Shown here one piece after another: positions 18,810-27,889 of a DNA stretch of 64,000 nt; position 1 is the first letter of the stretch; each line of letters starts with the position of its first letter. The stretch is from the NCBI GenBank assembly GCA_913060505.1, contig CAJXRQ010000013.1, forward strand, positions 4,162-68,161, read 5' to 3'. This DNA comes from an uncultured Desulfovibrio sp. (GTDB taxonomy: Bacteria > Desulfobacterota > Desulfovibrionia > Desulfovibrionales > Desulfovibrionaceae). The notes beneath the pieces are model-generated. The model searched no databases. It saw nothing but the letters and a program-made list of their open reading frames with translations, and had not been told where the DNA came from. Both the position numbers and the translations under genes were made by a program.

Positions 18810-19880
18810 ATGGCCAAGTACTTGAAAAACGACGACCTCGGCCAGTGGCTCTCCGAACTCGGAGCGGATTACAAGGTCTATGCGCCGGTGCAGGAAGGCG
18901 ATTCCATAGCCTTTCGCCCCTTCTCAAAGGGAAAGGCCCTGCGTATAGATCGCCACGCCACCGTTGGCCCCAAGGAAATCCTGTTCCCGGCTTGTGAAGA
19001 GCTGCTGCGTTTTTCCTACCAAAAGGATGAGGAAAATCCGGGCCGGGAAAATATCCAGGTGCAGGTGGAGGAAAACGCCACCCCGACACTGATATTCGGT
19101 TCGCGTCCCTGTGATGCCAGAGGCTTTGACGTGTTTGACGGCGCATTCACCCAATGCTCGGTCAAGGACAGCTACTATATTGCCCGCCGCGAACAGGCTG
19201 CCGTGGTTTCCATAGCCTGTACCCGTACGGAAAACACCTGTTTCTGCAACTGGGTAGGCGGAGCACCAGACGGCACCAACGGTTCGGATGTGCTGCTCAC
19301 CCCCATTCAGGAAGGTTTTGTAGCAGAATCCATTACCGAAAAAGGTGAAGCTCTGCTCGCTGGTAGCAACCTCTTGGCCGAGGCCACGCCAGAACAGGAA
19401 AAAGAAGCAAAAGCGCTCCGTGCCGCGGCTCATGAAAGCCTGCCCGAAGCCCCGGACTTTGAATGTATGCCTGAACAGCTCTATGGCTTGTTCGACAACA
19501 TGGATTTCTGGGAAAAACAATCGGCCAAGTGCATCAGCTGTGGCGCATGCACATACCTCTGCCCCACATGCCATTGTTTCAACATTACTGATGAACGGCA
19601 AGGCAACGAGGGTGAGCGTCTGCGCACATGGGACAACTGCATGTCCCGCCAATTCACGCAGGAAGCCAGCGGGCATAACCCTCGGTCAGAAAAGGCCTAT
19701 CGCCTCAAGAACCGCGTGGGACACAAGTTCTGCTACTTCCCGGAACTGCACAAAGGCCACATCGCCTGCGTCGGCTGCGGACGTTGCATAAAGAGCTGCC
19801 CTGTATCACTGGACATCCGACAGGTGGTCACCTCGGCCAAGGAATGCCGCCTGCCTGCGGAGGATAACGACAATGAGTAA
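18810..19880 (+). CDS. flxB: Fe-S subunit FlxB (AsrA-like)
   Basis: GSRPCD, CFC, CISCGACTYLCPTCHCF, CVGCGRCIKSCP. Confidence 0.88.
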   Translation: MAKYLKNDDLGQWLSELGADYKVYAPVQEGDSIAFRPFSKGKALRIDRHATVGPKEILFPACEELLRFSYQKDEENPGRENIQVQVEENATPTLIFGSRPCDARGFDVFDGAFTQCSVKDSYYIARREQAAVVSIACTRTENTCFCNWVGGAPDGTNGSDVLLTPIQEGFVAESITEKGEALLAGSNLLAEATPEQEKEAKALRAAAHESLPEAPDFECMPEQLYGLFDNMDFWEKQSAKCISCGACTYLCPTCHCFNITDERQGNEGERLRTWDNCMSRQFTQEASGHNPRSEKAYRLKNRVGHKFCYFPELHKGHIACVGCGRCIKSCPVSLDIRQVVTSAKECRLPAEDNDNE

Positions 19881-20709
19881 AGTAAAAAATCCGTACCTGC
19901 CGGAAATGGCAACGGTACAGGAAATCATTCAGGAAACGCACAACATCAAGACCTTTCGTGTGACCCTCAACAACGAGGAACGCATGAAGGCATTCTCCTT
20001 CAAACCGGGACAGGTAGGCCAATTGTCGGTCTTCGGCGTCGGTGAATCGACGTTTGTCATCAACTCCTCGCCCACGCGTATGGACTATCTTCAGTTCAGC
20101 GTCATGCAGGCTGGAGAAGTGACCACGAGACTGCATACGCTTCAGCCCGGTGACCAGATAGGTGTGCGCGCCCCGCTCGGCAACTGGTTTCCCTACGAAG
20201 ACATGAAGGGCAAAGACGTTGTCATCGTTGGCGGCGGCATCGGCATGGCACCACTTCGCACGCTGCTGCTCTACATGCTCGACAACCGCGACGACTATGG
20301 CAAGATCACGGTCATCTACGGAGCACGTTCACCGCAGGATTTGACCTACAGCTATGAATTCGAAGAATGGCGCTCGGCACCGAACATGAATCTTGTGCTC
20401 ACTGTGGACGCGGAAGCTCCAGGATGGGAACACAAGGTGGGACTGATCCCCAACATTCTGTTGGAGGAAAACCCCAGCGCGGAAAACACGGTTGCCATCA
20501 CCTGCGGACCGCCGATCATGATCAAATTCACGCTTCAAGCCCTCAAAAAGCTCGGCTTTGAAGATGAGAATATCTACACTACGTTGGAAAAACGTATGAA
20601 ATGCGGCGTAGGCCTGTGTGGTCGCTGCAACATCGGAACTTCCTATGTTTGCATTGACGGCCCGGTGTATTCCTTTGCACAGCTTCGCAAGCTGCCGAAC
20701 GAACTATAA
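19873..20709 (+). CDS. flxA: FAD/NAD(P)-binding subunit FlxA (PyrK/AsrB-like)
   Basis: FKPGQ, GGGIGMAP, CGPPIM, RMKCGVGLCGRC..CIDGPV 2Fe-2S motif. Confidence 0.9.
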   Translation: MSKVKNPYLPEMATVQEIIQETHNIKTFRVTLNNEERMKAFSFKPGQVGQLSVFGVGESTFVINSSPTRMDYLQFSVMQAGEVTTRLHTLQPGDQIGVRAPLGNWFPYEDMKGKDVVIVGGGIGMAPLRTLLLYMLDNRDDYGKITVIYGARSPQDLTYSYEFEEWRSAPNMNLVLTVDAEAPGWEHKVGLIPNILLEENPSAENTVAITCGPPIMIKFTLQALKKLGFEDENIYTTLEKRMKCGVGLCGRCNIGTSYVCIDGPVYSFAQLRKLPNEL

Positions 20710-20725
20710 ATCCCCGCAAAAAGTA

Positions 20726-20760
20726 AAAACGGGTGCGAAGCAAGCTTCGCACCCGTTTTT
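20726..20760. terminator. Bidirectional terminator between flxA and the convergent phage-like gene
   Basis: AAAACGGGTGCGAAGC-AA-GCTTCGCACCCGTTTT perfect stem. Confidence 0.88.
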
Positions 20761-20794
20761 GAGCAACTTCCCTTGTCAACGGTCCCTCGTGGGA

Positions 20795-21397
20795 CTACTC
20801 CTTTCCGAGCACATCCTCGGGACAGCCGTTTTCTGCAAACCACTGTCTGATCCTTGCCGAACGCATAGTGCCAAGAATCCAACGTCGAATCGCCACGGGA
20901 GAAACTCCCAAACTTTGAGCTACGGAAGCCGTAGTATGACGATTCGCGGACATCCAAGCGCGGACAAGGTGCCCCCTCGGGCTTGGAGAACTGGCGGCAG
21001 CACCATAGTTGGCAACGGACTCGTGCAAATGCCCTCGGCCCTGGATCAACTGAAAACCCGGCACATCCTCAAAAGCCGCACGCACGAACCCGGCATCGTT
21101 CAAGACAGTAACCAACGCCCCGGCGATGTTCAGGGGGATATCCCCGGCATACGTATCCGAAACAGCCCAAGCACGAACCTGTTCCGGTTCTATCGACACC
21201 CCGGCCAGACGACAAACCTCATCGGCGACTTGACGGCAGGAGAGTCCGGAGGCATCCAGCGCACGCCCGAAAGCCTTTTGCACACCATCCCCGCAGGAAA
21301 GAGAAAAGTCCTTAATTCCGTGCTGATAAAACCCATACGTTCCAGATCTATAGATGTGACGTTTTTTTAGAATATCGTCGTTATGTTTGTTGCGCAT
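20795..21397 (-). CDS. Phage-regulator-like protein: CII-like domain plus C-terminal Ner/Cro-like HTH
   Basis: ASGLSCRQVADEVCRLAG..VRAWA..IPL segment, then VRAWMSANRHTTASVAQSLGVSPVAIRRWI..RIRQWFAENGCP. Divergent from a CI-like repressor. Start codon uncertain. Confidence 0.6.
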   Translation of the reverse strand: MRNKHNDDILKKRHIYRSGTYGFYQHGIKDFSLSCGDGVQKAFGRALDASGLSCRQVADEVCRLAGVSIEPEQVRAWAVSDTYAGDIPLNIAGALVTVLNDAGFVRAAFEDVPGFQLIQGRGHLHESVANYGAAASSPSPRGHLVRAWMSANRHTTASVAQSLGVSPVAIRRWILGTMRSARIRQWFAENGCPEDVLGKE

Positions 21398-21487
21398 GAA
21401 TCAAATATTCTTTACTCTAGGTTTCGCTTTGTAACCCGCTCACCCCTCTTTTCTCCACATAGAGCGGGACACCAAGTCAAGTTGTTG

Positions 21488-21503
21488 TATAGGCATACCT
21501 ATA
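21488..21503. promoter_or_regulatory. Putative repressor operator TATAGG-CATA-CCTATA
   Basis: Perfect 6-bp inverted repeat in the ~150-bp divergent intergenic region. Confidence 0.55.
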
Positions 21504-21546
21504 AACAGATTATTTTTTGCAAGCAAGAAAAATCCAAAGGAACCTC

Positions 21547-22239
21547 ATGAACAATCCACAAGCCGACACCGTGCCGACTTTGCGTGAGAAAATAGCATTA
21601 TATGCGGCAAACGGTCTGGGAAAACGGGTTCGGGACGCCCGTAAACGAAATAATTTATCCCAGAGCCAGCTGGCAAGAAAAGTTGGTGTCAGCGTTACAA
21701 CGATCCAGAATTATGAGTCAAATAAATACCCGAAAGGAGAGCATGCCGTGTCACTTTCCCTGGCGTTGGGGTGCTCACTGGATTGGCTATTAACGGGTGT
21801 TGACACTTCGACACAACCGGAACCGCCGCCGCACAACGGATGTGTCCCCGTCCTCGGGCTAGCCAAGTGCGGCCTCCAGGGTTGGGCACAATCCATGCCT
21901 CTGGGCATCAACGCTTCCCGCCCCGGAGATTTTTCAGAACCGGATGCCTTCTGCGTTCTGGCTGTCGGCAGCAGTATGGTTCCGGCGGGCATTCTTCCCG
22001 GCCAGGTTTGCTATTGCAATCCTCATGACGATTTTGGCACGGGGGATGCCGTATATGTGGAACGAAAAGACGGGACAGCAACCATCAAGTTGTTCATAGC
22101 TTCCGACAACACGCAATTGACGTTGCAGGGATGGCTGGAACCTGATGAAAACGGATTGCAGACATCATATACGGATACTCTCAGAATTGACCAGGTCAGG
22201 TGCATAGCCACGGTTATCTATATCAAACGCAAGCTGTAA
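21547..22239 (+). CDS. CI/LexA-like repressor: XRE HTH plus S24 peptidase domain
   Basis: LSQSQLARKVGVSVTTIQNYE HTH, SLDWLLTG, VPVLGLAKCG (cleavage-site region), VGSSM (Ser) and TIKLF (Lys). Confidence 0.88.
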   Translation: MNNPQADTVPTLREKIALYAANGLGKRVRDARKRNNLSQSQLARKVGVSVTTIQNYESNKYPKGEHAVSLSLALGCSLDWLLTGVDTSTQPEPPPHNGCVPVLGLAKCGLQGWAQSMPLGINASRPGDFSEPDAFCVLAVGSSMVPAGILPGQVCYCNPHDDFGTGDAVYVERKDGTATIKLFIASDNTQLTLQGWLEPDENGLQTSYTDTLRIDQVRCIATVIYIKRKL

Positions 22240-22332
22240 TAAAAATGGCCGCCCCTTTGGGACGGCCAGAATATTCATTGCAATGCAAACGGGGCTAGAT
22301 AGCCCCCAAACGTAAAGAAGCTGTCTATTGAG

Positions 22333-22854
22333 CTAGTTCCGCGCCACAGAACTGTTCGGACAGGTATCACTCATCATGCAAATCTCACATCCGCCGTTGT
22401 AAGGGTATGGTGTAAAGACCGCGAACTTGCGGTTGATGGAATTTTCCTCGGTCCATTCCACATCTTTTGCCTTCATGGCTTCACGAACGCCCTCACCCGC
22501 TCGGGGCAACGGAGCGCAACGTCCCTCAGACAACTCCGGAACCAAGCTGCCTGCTGCGGACATGACCATACAGATAGCCAGATTGTGATAGGCCAAACCG
22601 TTGGACGGGGATTCATCCCACAGCTTGTCAACGGCGTCATCAACCTCCCGCTCCAGATACACGAGCAAAAAGCTGGCATGCCCACCCTCATCTTCCAGAT
22701 GATACGCTTTAAGGTGGGTGAGCCACTCATCCCAAAGCGGACCAAACTGTTCAATCAATTCATGGTCCACACGGCTCTCGCCACTCATTTCGGCATACTG
22801 CCAGAAATCGAACACAGGCTTGGCTTCCAAGGGTTTCACGGTATATTCAGACAA
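22333..22854 (-). CDS. Hypothetical protein with C-terminal CxxCxxxxxC
   Basis: TTG start with GGAGG RBS; ends GGCEICMMSDTCP; weak resemblance to stand-alone MetH reactivation-domain proteins. Confidence 0.7.
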   Translation of the reverse strand: MSEYTVKPLEAKPVFDFWQYAEMSGESRVDHELIEQFGPLWDEWLTHLKAYHLEDEGGHASFLLVYLEREVDDAVDKLWDESPSNGLAYHNLAICMVMSAAGSLVPELSEGRCAPLPRAGEGVREAMKAKDVEWTEENSINRKFAVFTPYPYNGGCEICMMSDTCPNSSVARN

Positions 22855-23039
22855 GACGGCCTCCTTGCAATTTCATTCGTTGTGGAGCCACTGCTTACCC
22901 GTTTTCATGAAACCACTCAAGTTTCCCCGGCATCACGTTGCAATGCTTCCCTGATCCGCGTACCGTACAACTACGGGAAAAAGTACGCGCCCTCACAGGA
23001 AATTTTGCAACGGAACCGCTAAAAAAGCCCGGAAACGAC

Positions 23040-24803
23040 ATGCAGGACGCCCACACAGGACTTTCGGCTAAAGTACGCAACGCCTTCCACAGTCGAAACA
23101 TCTCCCATCTTCTGATGGCCATATTGATCGGTGCTCTCTCCGGCTACGGAGCCGTACTCTTCAAATTCGTGCTCAAAAGCATGCAATGGCTGTTCTATCA
23201 TCATTCCGGAGAGTTTCTGGACTTTGCCAATGAAGTTCCCCTGTGGATGAAAATTGTCATGCCTGCGGCAGGCGGACTGGTGGTGGGACTGGTCGTTCAT
23301 TTCTTTGCGCGGGAAGCAAAAGGGCACGGAGTTCCCGAAGTGATGCAGGCCATTGCACTGCGCGCCGGGGTCATCCGCAAGCGGGTTGCCGCAGCAAAAA
23401 TTTTCGCCTCTGCCGTGACCATCGGCTCCGGAGGATCCGTGGGCCGGGAAGGTCCGATGGTTCAAATCGGGGCTTCCATAGGCTCTTCCGTGGGGCAGAT
23501 ATTCAAGGTTCCCACCATTCACATGAAAACCATGATTGGCTGCGGCGCTGCTGCCGGCATTGCCGCGACATTCAACGCTCCCATTGCCGGGGTACTTTTC
23601 GCGCTGGAGGTCATTGTGGGTGACTGGGGGATGACGTCCTTTTCCCCGGTCGTTCTTTCTTCAGTCACGGCTACCACCATATCCCGTTACTATTTCGGAG
23701 ATTTTCCCGCATTCATCATCCCGGAATACAATGTTGTTTCCCTTTGGGAATTCTGTATGTATCCGTTCCTCGGAATCATTTCCGGACTGGTAGCCCTGAG
23801 CTTCACTAAAACATTATACGCCTTTGAAGATGGCGCCGACGCTGTACGCATGGTCCCGGAATGGTTCAAGCCGGCCATCGGCGGAGCCATGTTGGGCGTG
23901 GTCATCATATTCTTCCCGGCGGCATTCGGAGTGGGCTACGGTCCCATGAACCTTTCGCTGACAAACAACATGAGCTTCTGGGTACTGTTTTCGCTGATAT
24001 GGATCAAGATTCTGGCCTCGGCCATCACGCTCGGTTCCGGCGGTTCCGGCGGAATCTTTGCCCCGTCACTGTTCATTGGGGCCATGGCCGGAGGAGCTTT
24101 CGGCTCGCTCGTGCACGGCGTGTTCCCGGCCATAACGGCAACGCCCGGAGCCTATGCGCTGGTAGCCATGGGCGGCGTGGTGGCAGGAACCACCTATGCC
24201 CCTATCACGGCGATCCTGATCATTTTCGAGATGACCGGCACCTATTCCATTATCCTGCCCCTCATGCTCACCTGCATCACGGCCACGGTACTCAACTCCA
24301 CCCTCAGCAGGGGATCCATCTACACCATCAAGCTATTGCGGCGCGGCATTGATATCGAAGGGGGACGCGAACGGCACATCCTGCGACAAATGCTGGTCAA
24401 GGAAGTGATGACGCCAGCGGTCATCACAGTGCCGGAATCAGCAAGCCTGGAAAGGATTCTGTGGATATTCAAGACGGAAAACGCTCCATATCTCCATGTA
24501 GTGGATGACAAAGACGCGCTCGCCGGTATCATTTCATTCCGGGATATCCGGCCTGTGCTTTATGAAGAAGACTTGCTTCAATTGGTCATCGCCAAGGATC
24601 TGGCAACAACAGACCTTGCGACCGTTACCATGAATGACACCTTGCAGGATGCGTTGAACAAACTCACAAGCCGCGGTGTCTCTCAGCTACCAGTGCTGGA
24701 ATCACAGGAAACGCGCAAACTTTCCGGAACGCTGACCGAGCACGCCTTGAACACGGCCTACAATCAGCAATTGTTGCGCAAGGAAATCAATACCAGGGAA
24801 TGA
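23040..24803 (+). CDS. ClC-family chloride channel/antiporter with two CBS domains
   Basis: GHGVP, GSVGREGP, FNAPIAG, GGIFAPSLFIG, SIYT, CBS pair. Confidence 0.93.
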   Translation: MQDAHTGLSAKVRNAFHSRNISHLLMAILIGALSGYGAVLFKFVLKSMQWLFYHHSGEFLDFANEVPLWMKIVMPAAGGLVVGLVVHFFAREAKGHGVPEVMQAIALRAGVIRKRVAAAKIFASAVTIGSGGSVGREGPMVQIGASIGSSVGQIFKVPTIHMKTMIGCGAAAGIAATFNAPIAGVLFALEVIVGDWGMTSFSPVVLSSVTATTISRYYFGDFPAFIIPEYNVVSLWEFCMYPFLGIISGLVALSFTKTLYAFEDGADAVRMVPEWFKPAIGGAMLGVVIIFFPAAFGVGYGPMNLSLTNNMSFWVLFSLIWIKILASAITLGSGGSGGIFAPSLFIGAMAGGAFGSLVHGVFPAITATPGAYALVAMGGVVAGTTYAPITAILIIFEMTGTYSIILPLMLTCITATVLNSTLSRGSIYTIKLLRRGIDIEGGRERHILRQMLVKEVMTPAVITVPESASLERILWIFKTENAPYLHVVDDKDALAGIISFRDIRPVLYEEDLLQLVIAKDLATTDLATVTMNDTLQDALNKLTSRGVSQLPVLESQETRKLSGTLTEHALNTAYNQQLLRKEINTRE

Positions 24804-24852
24804 GGGAAGAAAGGAGCTTCCCTTGACGGCATGCCTTCCGGGTTATGTTTTT

Positions 24853-25320
24853 TTAGCCGTAGGCCAAGCCCTGTGGCGGCGTTTTGCCTTCGAAGAAGTC
24901 CTCCACGCTCTCCCTGCTGGCAGAAGCAATACGCAATTCAGAAACATTGAGAACGGATTCCATACCTCCAAAGAACCGCAAAGCCCGGTCAATAAAGTCC
25001 GCGTCCACAAAAGCAGCCTTGAGGTCATAGATCTTGCCGTCCCACGTCAATCCCAGAGAAAGTTGCGGATCACGCTCCGGAGCCTTGGTGATGAAATTGC
25101 CGGTACGGACGAGAGATTCCGAAACCACTGCCGGGGCTATGTTGGACCACTCGGCCAATTTCTCTATAAATGCCGGCATTACAGCCACATAATAATACTG
25201 ATCCACCTTGCAGGCCACGGATTTTCCCGGCAGATTCAAAATCCACGGGGTATCGGCAAATGCCTGCCCAAGGCCCTGCTGCAAGCGGAAAACAACGTCC
25301 TGATAATCGATCAAGGGCAT
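24853..25320 (-). CDS. Hypothetical protein
   Basis: 155-aa ORF with AAGGAG RBS filling the gap between ClC and the EF-G paralog. Confidence 0.7.
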   Translation of the reverse strand: MPLIDYQDVVFRLQQGLGQAFADTPWILNLPGKSVACKVDQYYYVAVMPAFIEKLAEWSNIAPAVVSESLVRTGNFITKAPERDPQLSLGLTWDGKIYDLKAAFVDADFIDRALRFFGGMESVLNVSELRIASASRESVEDFFEGKTPPQGLAYG

Positions 25321-25661
25321 GAAATTCTCCTTATCTTAGGGGCAATTGACCACATTTCTAAAGATAATTCAAGGCAAGGGAGTAAAACGTCCACCCCGGA
25401 ATGCGGGGCATTTACCGGTATGCTCTGGCGCCGGGCACTTATAGAAAAAAACACAAAATTCTTCCGCCCTCCGCAAAGGGCATAAAAGCCCTTTGATATC
25501 GTGCAAATTAAAGGCCCGATCAACCAATCAATTTCAAGACTCCCTCTTGACAATTTTGATCAGCTATTCCTATAGATTTAAACCCTTATAAGAAATTTTG
25601 GATACAGTGGCCCCGGGTACGGCCCGCGGTCAATGAACAATAAATGTATAGGGAGTAGACA

Positions 25662-27725
25662 ATGTCGGACCTGAACACGCAGAGAACTTACGCCCTCATC
25701 GGCCACGGCGGCAGCGGCAAGACTTCGGTTGCGGAAATGCTGCTTTTCTCGGCCGGAACAATTTCCCGTCTTGGAAAAGTCGAGGAAGGCAACACAGCCC
25801 TCGACTACGAACCTGAAGAAATCAAACGCCGCGGCTCAGTTCAGCCCGGCTTTGCCTATTACAAGTGGAAAAAAAATCAGCATTTTCTGGTAGACACTCC
25901 GGGCGATTCCAACTTTTCCGGGGATCTTTCTTACAGCCTGGCAGCTGCGGACAGCGTGATTCTGGTCATCGACGCTGTTGACGGCGTTAAACCCCTGACC
26001 CGTAAAATCTGGTCCAAAGTTCAGGACAACGGTAACCCGGCAATGATCGTCATCAACAAGATGGACCGGGACCGTGCCGACTTCGACACGGCATTTGCCA
26101 GTATTTCCGATGGATTGGGAGCACGCCCGGCTCTGCTCTATTATCCCATCGGCAGCAAGGAGGACTTCAAAGGCGTGGTGGACATGCTCTCTGGCAAAGC
26201 CTTGCTGTACGACGAGGAAGGCGGTTTTACAGAGGGCGACATCCCTGCGGACATCGCGGACACGGTGGAAGCCATGCGTGAAGCCATGGTGGAAAACATT
26301 GCCGAATCCGACGAGGAACTCATGGAGCTTTACTTTGAAGAAGGTGAGCTCACCCCGGAACAGATTACCAAGGGACTCAAAGCCGGTGTGCAGGCTGGAG
26401 AGCTGGTTCCGGTTGTCGTGGCCTCGGCCCTGAGCAATATCGGCGCCCAGCCAATTCTGGACACCGTCCAGAACCTCATGCCCAGCCCGTTGGATCACGC
26501 ACCGTGGCAGGGAGAGGAAAGCGAACGCGCCAGTTCCCCGGATGAACCGTTGGCCTGTTTTGTCTTCAAAACACTGGCCGACCCCTTCGCCGGTCAACTG
26601 ACCGTCGTGAGGGTGCTTTCCGGCACGCTCAACGCGGACTCTTCCATCAAAAATACCCGCAACGAGGAAAAGGAACGCATAGGTCAATTGCTGCTCATGC
26701 AGGGCAAGGAACAGGAACAGACCAAGCAGCCTATGGGCCCCGGTTCCATCGTCACTCTCGCCAAACTCAAAAACACGGCCACGGGCGATACGCTGGTGGA
26801 CGAGAAAGATAACTTCACGCTGACCAAGCCGGCAATTGCCCCGCAACTCATCACGTTTGCGCTGGCTCCAGCTGAAAAGGGTGACGAAGACAAGGTCTAC
26901 GCCGCAGTGGCGAAGCTGCTTGACGAAGACATCACCCTGACCCTTTCCCGCGATGAGGAATCCGGTGACATTCTTCTGTCCGGCATGGGCCAGAACCACA
27001 TTGGAATATCCGTGGAAAAGGCCAAACGCCGCTACAAGACAGAAATCATTCTGAAAACGCCGAAAGTCCCCTACCGCGAAACCTTCCGCACTCCGGCAAT
27101 GGAAATTCAGGGACGCCACAAAAAGCAATCCGGTGGACGCGGACAGTTCGGCGACTGCTGGGTCAACATCGAACCGCTGGCGCACGGGACAAGCTACGAA
27201 TTCGAAGACAAAATCGTGGGCGGCGCAATCCCGAGGCAATATATCCCAGCCGTGGACAAGGGAATTCAGGAAGCAGCAGCCCGCGGCGTTCTGGCTGGAT
27301 ACCCGGTCATTGACTTCAAGGCCACATGCTATGATGGCTCGTACCATAACGTGGACTCCTCGGAGATGGCCTTCAAGATCGCAGGATCGCTGGCCTTCAA
27401 AAAGGCCGCGGAAAAAGCTCAGATGGCCCTGCTGGAGCCTGTCATGCTGGTTGCCGTGGCTGTGCCCGATTCCTATATGGGAGATATTATCGGCGATCTG
27501 TCTTCACGCCGGGGCAAGGTTCTCGGTTCCGACTCGCAGGCAGGCGTCACGGAGATCAAGGCCCATGTTCCCATGAGCGAAATGCTTAAATATGCTCCGG
27601 ATCTCAACGCAATGACAGGCGGTCAGGGAACATTCTTCATGGAATTTGCCCAGTACGAAGAATGCCCCCCGCAGGTCCGGGATCAGGTCATTGCCGATCA
27701 CAAAAGTGCTGCTGGCGCAGATTAA
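25662..27725 (+). CDS. fusA: Elongation factor G paralog (EF-G2-like)
   Basis: GHGGSGKT, DTPGD, NKMD, KKQSGGRGQFG, DGSYHNVDSSEMAF; switch I is RRGSV rather than RGITI; not in the str operon. Confidence 0.92.
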   Translation: MSDLNTQRTYALIGHGGSGKTSVAEMLLFSAGTISRLGKVEEGNTALDYEPEEIKRRGSVQPGFAYYKWKKNQHFLVDTPGDSNFSGDLSYSLAAADSVILVIDAVDGVKPLTRKIWSKVQDNGNPAMIVINKMDRDRADFDTAFASISDGLGARPALLYYPIGSKEDFKGVVDMLSGKALLYDEEGGFTEGDIPADIADTVEAMREAMVENIAESDEELMELYFEEGELTPEQITKGLKAGVQAGELVPVVVASALSNIGAQPILDTVQNLMPSPLDHAPWQGEESERASSPDEPLACFVFKTLADPFAGQLTVVRVLSGTLNADSSIKNTRNEEKERIGQLLLMQGKEQEQTKQPMGPGSIVTLAKLKNTATGDTLVDEKDNFTLTKPAIAPQLITFALAPAEKGDEDKVYAAVAKLLDEDITLTLSRDEESGDILLSGMGQNHIGISVEKAKRRYKTEIILKTPKVPYRETFRTPAMEIQGRHKKQSGGRGQFGDCWVNIEPLAHGTSYEFEDKIVGGAIPRQYIPAVDKGIQEAAARGVLAGYPVIDFKATCYDGSYHNVDSSEMAFKIAGSLAFKKAAEKAQMALLEPVMLVAVAVPDSYMGDIIGDLSSRRGKVLGSDSQAGVTEIKAHVPMSEMLKYAPDLNAMTGGQGTFFMEFAQYEECPPQVRDQVIADHKSAAGAD

Positions 27726-27748
27726 CCGGCTGCACGACAACAAAATGC

Positions 27749-27778
27749 AGGGTGGCGGATTCTTCCGTCACCCTTTTA
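27749..27778 (+). terminator. Rho-independent terminator
   Basis: AGGGTGGCGGA-TTCT-TCCGTCACCCT-TTT. Confidence 0.75.
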
Positions 27779-27889
27779 TATTTCAGCCTCAAGCGTAGTC
27801 CAGGTTGCCATTGTCCCGATTCATGGACTTGTTTCACGGGCGAATTTCGGCTAGTCAAAAACTGATCGACAAATCAACAAGGATAGCCA

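Noticed and set aside
20795-22239. Intact prophage or integrative element
   Set aside because: No integrase, transposase, structural genes or flanking direct repeats seen.
25836-27347. Long antisense ORFs (503 aa here; also 6722-8110, 4799-5977, 11278-12462, 53858-54964, 56027-57163)
   Set aside because: Shadow frames of well-supported genes on the opposite strand, with no recognisable motifs.
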